Shown in pieces: positions 29,801 to 42,416 of a DNA stretch of 64,000 bases. The notes below the pieces were generated by a model. It saw only the letters and a program-made list of their open reading frames with translations. It was not told the origin of the DNA and did not search any database. Each line of letters starts with the position of its first letter. The stretch's first letter is position 1. The DNA comes from the human T2T-CHM13v2.0 reference genome, Homo sapiens: assembly GCF_009914755.1 (NCBI RefSeq), contig NC_060940.1; one strand, 5' to 3'. The position numbers and the translations under genes were made by a program.

Positions 29801-32408
29801 CGTACGATTCCATTGTGTGATGATTCCATGTGATTGCATTCAATGATGATTCCTTTCGATTGCATTCGATTATGATTCATTTCGTGTTCATTCTATGGTT
29901 CCACAGGTTTCCATTCGTGTCCATTCCATTATTCCATTCTATTCCATTTGATGATGATTCCATTCGATTCCATTCATTGGTGATTCCACTCAATTCCATT
30001 CAATGATTCCATTCCATTTCTTTCAACAATGATTCCATTAGTTTCTAATCGATGATCCACTTGATTCCATTTGACGACGATTCCATTCTTGTCCATTCGA
30101 TGATTCCATTTGATTCCATATGATGATGATTCCATTCGATTCCATACCATGATGATTCCATTCGAGTCCATTCAATGGTGATTCCATTCAATTCCATTCG
30201 ATGATTCCTTTCGATTCCATTCGATGATGATGGCATTCGATTCCTTTCAATCATTCCCTTTGATTCCATTCCGAGGTGATTTCATTCAAGTCCATTCGAT
30301 AATTGCATTCGATTCCATTCTATGATGATTCCATTCGAGTCCATTTGATGATTCCATTCAATTCAAGTCAATGATGATTCCATTCGATTCCATTCGATGA
30401 TTCCATTGGATTCCATTCGATGATGATTCCATTCAAATCCATTCGATAATTCAATTCAAGTCCATTCGATGATGATTCCAATCGAATCCATTCAAAGATT
30501 CCATTCAGTTCCATTCGATGATTCCCTTAGATTCCATTCGATGATTCCACTTGATTGCATTTACGATGATTCCATTCGATTCCATGTGATGATTCCATTC
30601 AATTCTATTCAATGATGTCTCCATTTGATTCCATTCGACCATGATTGCCTTTGATTCCATTCAATGATTCCATTCGGTTCCGTTTGATGATGATTCCGTT
30701 CGATTCCATTTGATGATTCCATTTGATTCCATTGGATGAGTCCATTCGATTACATTCGATGATTATTCCATTCGAGTGCATTAGATGATTCCATTCGAGT
30801 CCATTCGATGATTCCATTCGATTCCATTCGATGTTGATTCTGTTCAAATCCATTCGATGATTCCACTCGATTCCATTCGTTGACTCCATTTGATCCCATT
30901 CGATGATTTCCTTTGATTCCCTTTGATGATCATTCCATTTGATTCAATTCGGTGATTTCATTTGATTCCATTCAGTGATGTTTCCATTCGACTCCATTCG
31001 ATGATGATTCCATTCGACTCCATTCGATTATGATTTCATTCAATTCCATTCGATAATGATTCCCTTCGAGTCCATTCGATGATTCCATTCGATTCCATTC
31101 AACGATGATTTGATTCGTGTCCATTCGATGATTCCATTTGATTCCACTTGATGATGATTCCATTCGAGTCCATTTGATGATTCCATTCAATTCCATACTC
31201 CGATGATTTCTTTTGAGCCCACTCAATGCTTCCACTCGATTCCATATGATGATGACTCCATTCGATGAAATTCGATGATGATTCCATTCGCTTGCTTTCG
31301 ATGATGATTCCACTTGAGTCCGTTAGAAGATTCTATTCAACTACATTCCAGGACGATTCCGTTCGAGTCCATTTGATGATTCCATTAGACTCCATTCGAC
31401 GATGATTCCATTCGATGTTATTCGATGATTCCATTCGATCTCATTCGATGATGATTCCATTCAACTCCATTCGATGTTTCCATTCGAGTTCATTCTATTA
31501 TTCCATTAGATTCCATTCGATGATGATTCCATTCGATTCCATTTGATGATTGCATTCTATTTCATTTGATGATGATTCCATTCGAGTCCACTCGATGATT
31601 CCATTCGAGTCCATTTAATGAATCCATTGGTTTCAATTCTATGATGATTACATTGGATTCCATTCGTTGATGATTTCATTCGGTTCCATTCAATGATGAT
31701 TCCATTCAATTCCTTTCAATGTTTCCATTCAATTCCATACGATGATGATTCCATTTGATTTGATTCGACAGTGAGCCATTCGATTCAATTCCATGATGAT
31801 TCTATTTGATTCAATTGGTTGACATTTCCATTCGATTCCATTCGATGATGATTCCCTTTGATTCCGTTCAAAGATGATTCCATTCTAGCCCATTCAATCA
31901 TTCCATTCGATTCTATTCAATGATGATTCCATTCATGTCGATTTGGTGATTCCATTTGACTTCATTTGATGATGATTCCTTTCAAGTTCATTAGATGATT
32001 CCATTCGATTCCATTTGATGATGATCCCATTCGAGTCCATTCAGTGATTCCATTCGTTTCCATTCCATGATGATTCCATTCCTTTCCATTCAATGATTCC
32101 ATTCGATTCCGTTTGATGATGATTTCATTCGAGTCCATTTGATGATTCCATTTGATTCCATTCGATGATGATTCCATTCGAGTCCATTCGATGATTCTAT
32201 TCGAATCCATTTGATGATTTCTTTTGATTATATTTGGTGATGATTCCATTGGAGTCCATTCAATGATTCCATTCTATTCCAATCGATGATGATTCCATTA
32301 GAGTCCATTTAATGATTCCATTTGATTCCAGTCTCTGATGATTACATTCGAGTCCATACGATGATTCCACTCAATTCCATATGATGATGATTCCATTTGA
32401 TTCCATTC

Positions 32409-32460
32409 GGTGATTCCATTCTATTCTAATCAATGGTGATTCCATTCTATTCTATTCAAT
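32409..32460 (+). repeat. 26-bp tandem duplication in U6
   Basis: GGTGATTCCATTCTATTCTAATCAAT followed by GGTGATTCCATTCTATTCTATTCAAT; single copy in U5, U8, U9. Confidence 0.92.
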
Positions 32461-33628
32461 GGTGATTCCATTGGAGTACATTAGATGATTCCATTCGATT
32501 CCATTCAATGATGATTCTATTTGTGTCCCTTAGATGATTCCACATGATTCCATTAGATGATGATACTATTTGAGCCCATCCAATGATTCCCTTCGATTCC
32601 ATTCGATGAGGATTCCATTCGATTCAATTCATTGGTGATTCTATTCAATTCAATTCTTTGATTCCATTCCATTCCATTCGACAATGATTCCATTCGATTT
32701 CTTTCGATGATTCCACTCGATTCCACTTGACATTGATTCCATTCGATTCCATTCAATGATTCCATTTGATTCCAGTGGATGATGATTGCCATCGATTCCA
32801 TTCGATCACTCCATTCTATTCCATTTGATGATGATTACATTCGATTCCATTTGATGATTCCATCTGATTCTATTCGAGGATTCCATTTGATTCCATTCGA
32901 TGATGATTCCATTCGAGTCCATTCGATGATTTCATTCGAGTACATCCAATGATTCCATTCGAGTCCATTAGATGATTCCATTTGATTCCATTTGAAAATG
33001 ATTCTACTAGAGTCCATTCAATGACTCCATTCGAGTCCATTCAACAATTCCATTCGACTCCATTCGATGATTCCATTCGATTCCATTTGATGGTTCCATT
33101 CGCGTCCATTTAATCATTACAGTCGAGTCCGTTTGGTGATTCCACTGGATTTCTTTTGATAATGATACCATTCAATTACATTTGATGATGATCCCATTCA
33201 ATTTCATTTGATGATGATTCCATTAGAGTCCATTCGATGATTTCATTCGAGTCCCTTCATTGATTCCATCCGATTTCATTGGATGATGACTCCATTCGAG
33301 TCCATTCGATGATTCCACTCGATTCCATTAGATGACTCCATTGGAGTCCATTTGATTGTTCCATTCGATTCCATTCGATTCCTTTCGAAGATTATTCCAT
33401 TTGAGTCCATTCGATGATGATTCCATTCTATTCCATTCGATGATTCCGTTTGATTCCATTCGATGATTCCCTTCGATTCCTTTCTTTGATGATTCCATTC
33501 CATTCCATTCAATGATTCCATTCGAATCTATTCCATGATGATTCCTTTCGATTCCATTCGCTGATGTTTCCGTTCAATTCCATTCGATGATGATTCCATT
33601 CGATTCCATTCATTGAGCATTCCATTTG

Positions 33629-33968
33629 ATTCCATTCAATGATGATTCCATTGTATTCCATTCAATGATTGCATTCAATTCCATTCAATGATTATCCCAT
33701 TAGGGTAAACTCAACGATTCCATTCAATACCATTCGATGATGATTCCTTTTGAGTCCATTCAATGATTTCATTCAAGTCCATTTGATGATTCCTTTCAAT
33801 TCCATTCAATGATGATTCCATTCTATTCCATTCAATGATTGCATTCAATTCCATTCAATGATTATCCCATTAGAGTAAACTCAACGATTCCATTCAATAC
33901 CATTCGATGATGATTCCTTTTGAGTCCATTCAATGATTTCATTCAAGTCCATTTGATGATTCCTTTCA
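33629..33968 (+). repeat. 170-bp tandem duplication in U6
   Basis: Landmark TTATCCCATTAG(G/A)GTAAACTCAACG occurs twice, TAGGGTAAAC at 33701 and TAGAGTAAAC at 33871; once in other units. Confidence 0.93.
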
Positions 33969-36900
33969 ATTCCATTCTATGATGATTCCATTCGAGTCCA
34001 TTCGATGATTCCATTCGATTGCATTCGATGATTCCATTATATTCCATTCAACGGTGATTCCATTCGAGTCCATTCCATGATTCCATTAGAGTACATTTAA
34101 TGATTGCTTTGTTTTCAATTCGAAGATGATTACATTGGATTCCATTCTATGATACCATTCGATTCCATTCAATGATGATTCCACTCAAATCCATTGGATG
34201 ATTCCATTCGTGTCCATCCGGTGATTTCATTAGATTCCATTCGAGGATGATTCCATTCGATTCCATTCGATGATTCCATTCAATTCCATTCGTTGATGAT
34301 TCCATTCCAGTCCATATGATCATTCCATTTGATTTCATTCGATGATGATTCCATTCGATTCCATTCGATGATTCCATTCTATTCCATTCGATGATGATTC
34401 CATTCGAGTCCATTCGATGATTCCATTCGAGTCCATTTAATGATTCCATTGGGTTCAATTCAATGATGATTACATTGGATTCCGTTCTATGATTCCATTC
34501 AATTCCGTTCATTGACAATTTGATTCCATTCGATGATGATTCCATTTGAGTTCATTCGATGATTCTATTCGATTCTCTTCGATGGTGATTCAATTCTATT
34601 ATATTGGATGATTCCATTCGATTCCATTTGATGTTGATTCAATTCGATTCTATTCGATGATGATTCCATTGGATTTCACTTGATGATTCTATTCGATTCC
34701 ATTCAATGATGATTCACTTCTCGTCCATTGGATGATTCCATTTCATTCCATTCGATGATGATTCCATTCGATTCCATTCGATGATTCCATTTGATTCCAT
34801 GCGACGGTGAGCAATTCGATTCAATTCCATGATGATTCTATTTGATTCAATTAGATGATGTTTCCATTCGAATCCATTCCATGATTATTCCATTGGAATC
34901 CATTCGGCGATGATTCCATATGAGTCAATTCAATGATGATTCCATATGGGTCCGTTCGATGATAATTCCATTTGATTTCATTCGATGCTTCTATTCTATT
35001 CCAGTCGATGATGATTCCGTTGGAGTCCATACGATGATTCCATTTGATTTCATTTGATGATGATTCCATTCGATGACGATTACATTGGATTCCATTCTAT
35101 GATTCCATTCAATTCCATTCGTTGATGATTCGATTCCATTCAATGATGATTCCATTTGAGTTCATTCGATGATTCTATTCGATTCCGTTCGATGGTGATT
35201 CAATTCTATTATATTGGATGATTCCACTCGATTCCATTTGATGATTATTCCATTGGAGTCCACTTAGTGAATCCTTTAGATTCTACTCGACGATGATTCC
35301 ATTCGAGTCCATTCGATGATACCATTCAATTCCATTCGTTGATGCTTCCATTCAAGTGCATTCGATGATATCATTCGATTCCATTTGATGATAATTCCAT
35401 TTGATTCCATGCGATGATTCTATTCGATTCCATTCAATGATAATTCCATTCAATTCAGTGATTCCTCTGGACTCCATTTGATGATGATTCCATTCAATGA
35501 TTCCATTCGATTCTATTCGAAAATGATTCCATTTGAATCCATTTGATGATGATTCCATTAGATTCCATTTGATGATTCCATTCGATTCCATTCGACGATG
35601 ATTCCATTCGATTCCGTTTGATGATTCCATTCTATTCTATTCGATGATGATTCCATTCGATTCCATTCGATGATGATTGGATTCGATTCCATTGGATGAT
35701 TTCATTTGATTCCATTCGTTAATGATTTCGATCAATTCCATTCGATGATTCCATTCGATTCCATTCGATAATGATTACATCCGAGTCCATTCGATGATTC
35801 CCTTTGAGCCTGTTCGATAATTCCATTTGAGTCCAACCAATGATTCCATTCATTTCCATTCAATGATTCCATTCGAGTCCATTTGATCATTCCGGTAGGG
35901 TCCATTCGATGTTGATTCCATTGGAGTGCATTCGATGATTCCATTCGAGTCCATTTTAGGATTTGATTCGAGTCCTTTCGATGATTCCATTCGATTCCAC
36001 TCGATGATGATTTCATTCGAGTCCATTCGACACTTCCAATCGATTCCATTTGATGATTCCATTCGAGTCCAATTGATGATTCCATTCAATTCCATTCGAT
36101 GATGATTCCGTACGATTCCATTCTGTGATGATTCCATGTGATTGCATTCAATGATGATTCCTTTCGATTGCATTCGATTATGATTCATTTCGTGTTCATT
36201 CTATGGTTCCACAGGTTTCCATTCGTGTCCATTCCATTATTCCATTCTATTCCATTTGATGATGATTCCATTCGATTCCATTCATTGGTGATTCCACTCA
36301 ATTCCATTCAATGATTCCATTCCATTTCTTTCAACAATGATTCCATTAGTTTCTAATCGATGATCCACTTGATTCCATTTGACGACGATTCCATTCTTGT
36401 CCATTCGATGATTCCATTTGATTCCATATGATGATGATTCCATTCGATTCCATACCATGATGATTCCATTCGAGTCCATTCAATGGTGATTCCATTCAAT
36501 TCCATTCGATGATTCCTTTCGATTCCATTCGATGATGATGGCATTCGATTCCTTTCAATCATTCCCTTTGATTCCATTCAAAGGTGATTTCATTCAAGTC
36601 CATTCGATAATTGCATTCGATTCCATTCTATGATGATTCCATTCGAGTCCATTTGATGATTCCATTCAATTCAAGTCAATGATGATTCCATTCGATTCCA
36701 TTCGATGATTCCATTGGATTCCATTCGATGATGATTCCATTCAAATCCTTTCGATAATTCAATTCAAGTCCATTCGATGATGATTCCAATCGAATCCATT
36801 CAAAGATTCCATTCAGTTCCATTCGATGATTCCCTTAGATTCCATTCGATGATTCCACTTGATTGCATTTACGATGATTCCATTCGATTCCATGTGATGA

Positions 36901-38716
36901 TTCCATTCAATTCTATTCAATGATGTCTCCATTTGATTCCATTCGACCATGATTGCCTTTGATTCCATTCAATGATTCCATTCGGTTCCGTTTGATGATG
37001 ATTCCGTTCGATTCCATTTGATGATTCCATTTGATTCCATTGGATGGGTCCATTCGATTACATTCGATGATTATTCCATTCGAGTGCATTAGATGATTCC
37101 ATTCGAGTCCATTCGATGATTCCATTCGATTCCATTCGATGTTGATTCTGTTCAAATCCATTCGATGATTCCACTCGATTCCATTCGTTGACTCCATTTG
37201 ATCCCATTCGATGATTTCCTTTGATTCCCTTTGATGATCATTCCATTTGATTCAATTCGGTGATTTCATTTGATTCCATTCAGTGATGTTTCCATTCGAC
37301 TCCATTCGATGATGATTCCATTCGACTCCATTCGATTATGATTTCATTCAATTCCATTCGATAATGATTCCCTTCGAGTCCATTCGATGATTCCATTCGA
37401 TTCCATTCAACGATGTTTTGATTCGTGTCCATTCGATGATTCCATTTGATTCCACTTGATGATGATTCCATTCGAGTCCATTTGATGATTCCATTCAATT
37501 CCATACTCCGATGATTTCTTTTGAGCCCACTCAATGCTTCCACTCGATTCCATATGATGATGACTCCATTCGATGAAATTCGATGATGATTCCATTCGCT
37601 TGCTTTCGATGATGATTCCACTTGAGTCCGTTAGAAGATTCTATTCAATTACATTCCATGACGATTCCGTTCGAGTCCATTTGATGATTCCATTAGACTC
37701 CATTCGACGATGATTCCATTCGATGTTATTCCATGATTCCATTCGATATCAATCGATGATGATTCCATTCAACTCCATTCGATGTTTCCATTCGAGTTCA
37801 TTCTATTATTGCATTAGATTCCATTCGATGATGATTCCATTCGATTCCATTTGATGATTGCATTCTATTTCATTTGATGATGATTCCATTCGAGTCCACT
37901 CGATGATTCCATTCGAGTCCATTTAATGAATCCATTGGTTTCAATTCTATGATGATTACATTGGATTCCATTCGTTGATGATTTCATTCGGTTCCATTCA
38001 ATGATGATTCCATTCAATTCCTTTCAATGTTTCCATTCAATTCCATACGATGATGATTCCATTTGATTTGATTCGACAGTGAGCCATTCGATTCAATTCC
38101 ATGATGATTCTATTTGATTCAATTGGTTGACATTTCCATTCGATTACATTCGATGATGATTCCCTTTGATTCCGTTCAAAGATGATTCCATTCTAGCCCA
38201 TTCAATCATTCCATTCGATTCTATTCAATGATGATTCCATTCATGTCGATTTGGTGATTCCATTTGACTTCATTTGATGATGATTCCTTTCAAGTTCATT
38301 AGATGATTCCATTCGATTCCATTTGATGATGATCCCATTCGAGTCCATTCAGTGATTCCATTCGTTTCCATTCCATGATGATTCCATTCCTTTCCATTCA
38401 ATGATTCCATTCGATTCCGTTTGATGATGATTTCATTCGAGTCCATTTGATGATTCCATTTGATTCCATTCGATGATGATTCCATTCGAGTCCATTCGAT
38501 GATTCTATTCGAATCCATTTGATGATTTCTTTTGATTATATTTGGTGATGATTCCATTGGAGTCCATTCAATGATTCCATTCTATTCCAATCGATGATGA
38601 TTCCATTAGAGTCCATTTAATGATTCCATTTGATTCCAGTCTCTGATGATTACATTCGAGTCCATACGATGATTCCACTCAATTCCATATGATGATGATT
38701 CCATTTGATTCCATTC

Positions 38717-38768
38717 GGTGATTCCATTCTATTCTAATCAATGGTGATTCCATTCTATTCTATTCAAT
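38717..38768 (+). repeat. 26-bp tandem duplication in U7
   Basis: Same sequence as 32409-32460 at +6308, including the CTAATC variant in the first copy. Confidence 0.92.
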
Positions 38769-39936
38769 GGTGATTCCATTGGAGTACATTAGATGATTCC
38801 ATTCGATTCCATTCAATGATGATTCTATTTGTGTCCCTTAGATGATTCCACATGATTCCATTAGATGATGATACTATTTGAGCCCATCCAATGATTCCCT
38901 TCGATTCCATTCGATGAGGATTCCATTCGATTCAATTCATTGGTGATTCTATTCAATTCAATTCTTTGATTCCATTCCATTCCATTCGACAATGATTCCA
39001 TTCGATTTCTTTCGATGATTCCACTCGATTCCACTTGACATTGATTCCATTCGATTCCATTCAATGATTCCATTTGATTCCAGTGGATGATGATTGCCAT
39101 CGATTCCATTCGATCACTCCATTCTATTCCATTTGATGATGATTACATTCGATTCCATTTGATGATTCCATCTGATTCTATTCGAGGATTCCATTTGATT
39201 CCATTCGATGATGATTCCATTCGAGTCCATTCGATGATTTCATTCGAGTACATCCAATGATTCCATTCGAGTCCATTAGATGATTCCATTTGATTCCATT
39301 TGAAAATGATTCTACTAGAGTCCATTCAATGACTCCATTCGAGTCCATTCAACAATTCCATTCGACTCCATTCGATGATTCCATTCGATTCCATTTGATG
39401 GTTCCATTCGCGTCCATTTAATCATTACAGTCGAGTCCGTTTGGTGATTCCACTGGATTTCTTTTGATAATGATACCATTCAATTACATTTGATGATGAT
39501 CCCATTCAATTTCATTTGATGATGATTCCATTAGAGTCCATTCGATGATTTCATTCGAGTCCCTTCATTGATTCCATCCGATTTCATTGGATGATGACTC
39601 CATTCGAGTCCATTCGATGATTCCACTCGATTCCATTAGATGACTCCATTGGAGTCCATTTGATTGTTCCATTCGATTCCATTCGATTCCTTTCGAAGAT
39701 TATTCCATTTGAGTCCATTCGATGATGATTCCATTCTATTCCATTCGATGATTCCGTTTGATTCCATTCGATGATTCCCTTCGATTCCTTTCTTTGATGA
39801 TTCCATTCCATTCCATTCAATGATTCCATTCGAATCTATTCCATGATGATTCCTTTCGATTCCATTCGCTGATGTTTCCGTTCAATTCCATTCGATGATG
39901 ATTCCATTCGATTCCATTCATTGAGGATTCCATTTG

Positions 39937-40276
39937 ATTCCATTCAATGATGATTCCATTGTATTCCATTCAATGATTGCATTCAATTCCATTCAATGAT
40001 TATCCCATTAGGGTAAACTCAACGATTCCATTCAATACCATTCGATGATGATTCCTTTTGAGTCCATTCAATGATTTCATTCAAGTCCATTTGATGATTC
40101 CTTTCAATTCCATTCAATGATGATTCCATTCTATTCCATTCAATGATTGCATTCAATTCCATTCAATGATTATCCCATTAGAGTAAACTCAACGATTCCA
40201 TTCAATACCATTCGATGATGATTCCTTTTGAGTCCATTCAATGATTTCATTCAAGTCCATTTGATGATTCCTTTCA
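39937..40276 (+). repeat. 170-bp tandem duplication in U7
   Basis: GGGTAAACTC at 40011 and GAGTAAACTC at 40181; same as U6 at +6308. Confidence 0.93.
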
Positions 40277-42416
40277 ATTCCATTCTATGATGATTCCATT
40301 CGAGTCCATTCGATGATTCCATTCGATTGCATTCGATGATTCCATTATATTCCATTCAACGGTGATTCCATTCGAGTCCATTCCATGATTCCATTAGAGT
40401 ACATTTAATGATTGCTTTGTTTTCAATTCGAAGATGATTACATTGGATTCCATTCTATGATACCATTCGATTCCATTCAATGATGATTCCACTCAAATCC
40501 ATTGGATGATTCCATTCGTGTCCATTCGGTGATTTCATTAGATTCCATTCGAGGATGATTCCATTCGATTCCATTCGATGATTCCATTCAATTCCATTCG
40601 TTGATGATTCCATTGCAGTCCATATGATCATTCCATTTGATTTCATTCGATGATGATTCCATTCGATTCGATTCGACGATTCCATTATATTCCATTCGAT
40701 GATGATTCCATTCGAGTCCATTCGATGATTCCATTCGAGTCCATTTAATGATTCCATTGGGTTCAATTCAATGATGATTACATTGGATTCCGTTCTATGA
40801 TTCCATTCAATTCCGTTCATTGACAATTTGATTCCATTCGATGATGATTCCATTTGAGTTCATTCGATGATTCTATTCGATTCTCTTCGATGGTGATTCA
40901 ATTCTATTATATTGGATGATTCCATTCGATTCCATTTGATGTTGATTCAATTCGATTCTATTCGATGATGATTCCATTGGATTTCACTTGATGATTCTAT
41001 TCGATTCCATTCAATGATGATTCACTTCTCGTCCATTGGATGATTCCATTTCATTCCATTCGATGATGATTCCATTCGATTCCATTCGATGATTCCATTT
41101 GATTCCATGCGACGGTGAGCAATTCGATTCAATTCCATGATGATTCTATTTGATTCAATTAGATGATGTTTCCATTCGAATCCATTCCATGATTATTCCA
41201 TTGGAATCCATTCGGCGATGATTCCATATGAGTCAATTCAATGATGATTCCATATGGGTCCGTTCGATGATAATTCCATTTGATTTCATTCGATGCTTCT
41301 ATTCTATTCCAGTCGATGATGATTCCGTTGGAGTCCATACGATGATTCCATTTGATTTCATTTGATGATGATTCCATTCGATGACGATTACATTGGATTC
41401 CATTCTATGATTCCATTCAATTCCATTCGTTGATGATTCGATTCCATTCAATGATGATTCCATTTGAGTTCATTCGATGATTCTATTCGATTCCGTTCGA
41501 TGGTGATTCAATTCTATTATATTGGATGATTCCACTCGATTCCATTTGATGATTATTCCATTGGAGTCCACTTAGTGAATCCTTTAGATTCTACTCGACG
41601 ATGATTCCATTCGAGTCCATTCGATGATACCATTCAATTCCATTCGTTGATGCTTCCATTCAAGTGCATTCGATGATATCATTCGATTCCATTTGATGAT
41701 AATTCCATTTGATTCCATGCGATGATTCTATTCGATTCCATTCAATGATAATTCCATTCAATTCAGTGATTCCTCTGGACTCCATTTGATGATGATTCCA
41801 TTCAATGATTCCATTCGATTCTATTCGAAAATGATTCCATTTGAATCCATTTGATGATGATTCCATTAGATTCCATTTGATGATTCCATTCGATTCCATT
41901 CGACGATGATTCCATTCGATTCCGTTTGATGATTCCATTCTATTCTATTCGATGATGATTCCATTTGATTCCATTCGATGATGATTGGATTCGATTCCAT
42001 TTGATGATTTCATTTGATTCCATTCGTTAATGATTTCGATCAATTCCATTCGATGATTCCATTCGATTCCATTCGATAATGATTACATCCGAGTCCATTC
42101 GATGATTCCCTTTGAGCCTGTTCGATAATTCCATTTGAGTCCAACCAATGATTCCATTCATTTCCATTCAATGATTCCATTCGAGTCCATTTGATCATTC
42201 CGGTAGGGTCCATTCGATGTTGATTCCATTGGAGTGCATTCGATGATTCCATTCGAGTCCATTTTAGGATTTGATTCGAGTCCTTTCGATGATTCCATTC
42301 GATTCCACTCGATGATGATTTCATTCGAGTCCATTCGACACTTCCAATCGATTCCATTTGATGATTCCATTCGAGTCCAATTGATGATTCCATTCAATTC
42401 CATTCGATGATGATTC

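Larger units (their letters stand above)
29801..36108 (+). repeat. Macro-unit U6, 6308 bp (6112 + 26-bp + 170-bp tandem duplications)
   Basis: Anchors at 29801 and 36109. Duplications at 32409-32460 and ~33629-33968. Confidence 0.93.
36109..42416 (+). repeat. Macro-unit U7, 6308 bp, same two duplications as U6
   Basis: Anchors at 36109 and 42417. ORFs recur at +6308 (31962/38270, 34147/40455). Confidence 0.93.
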
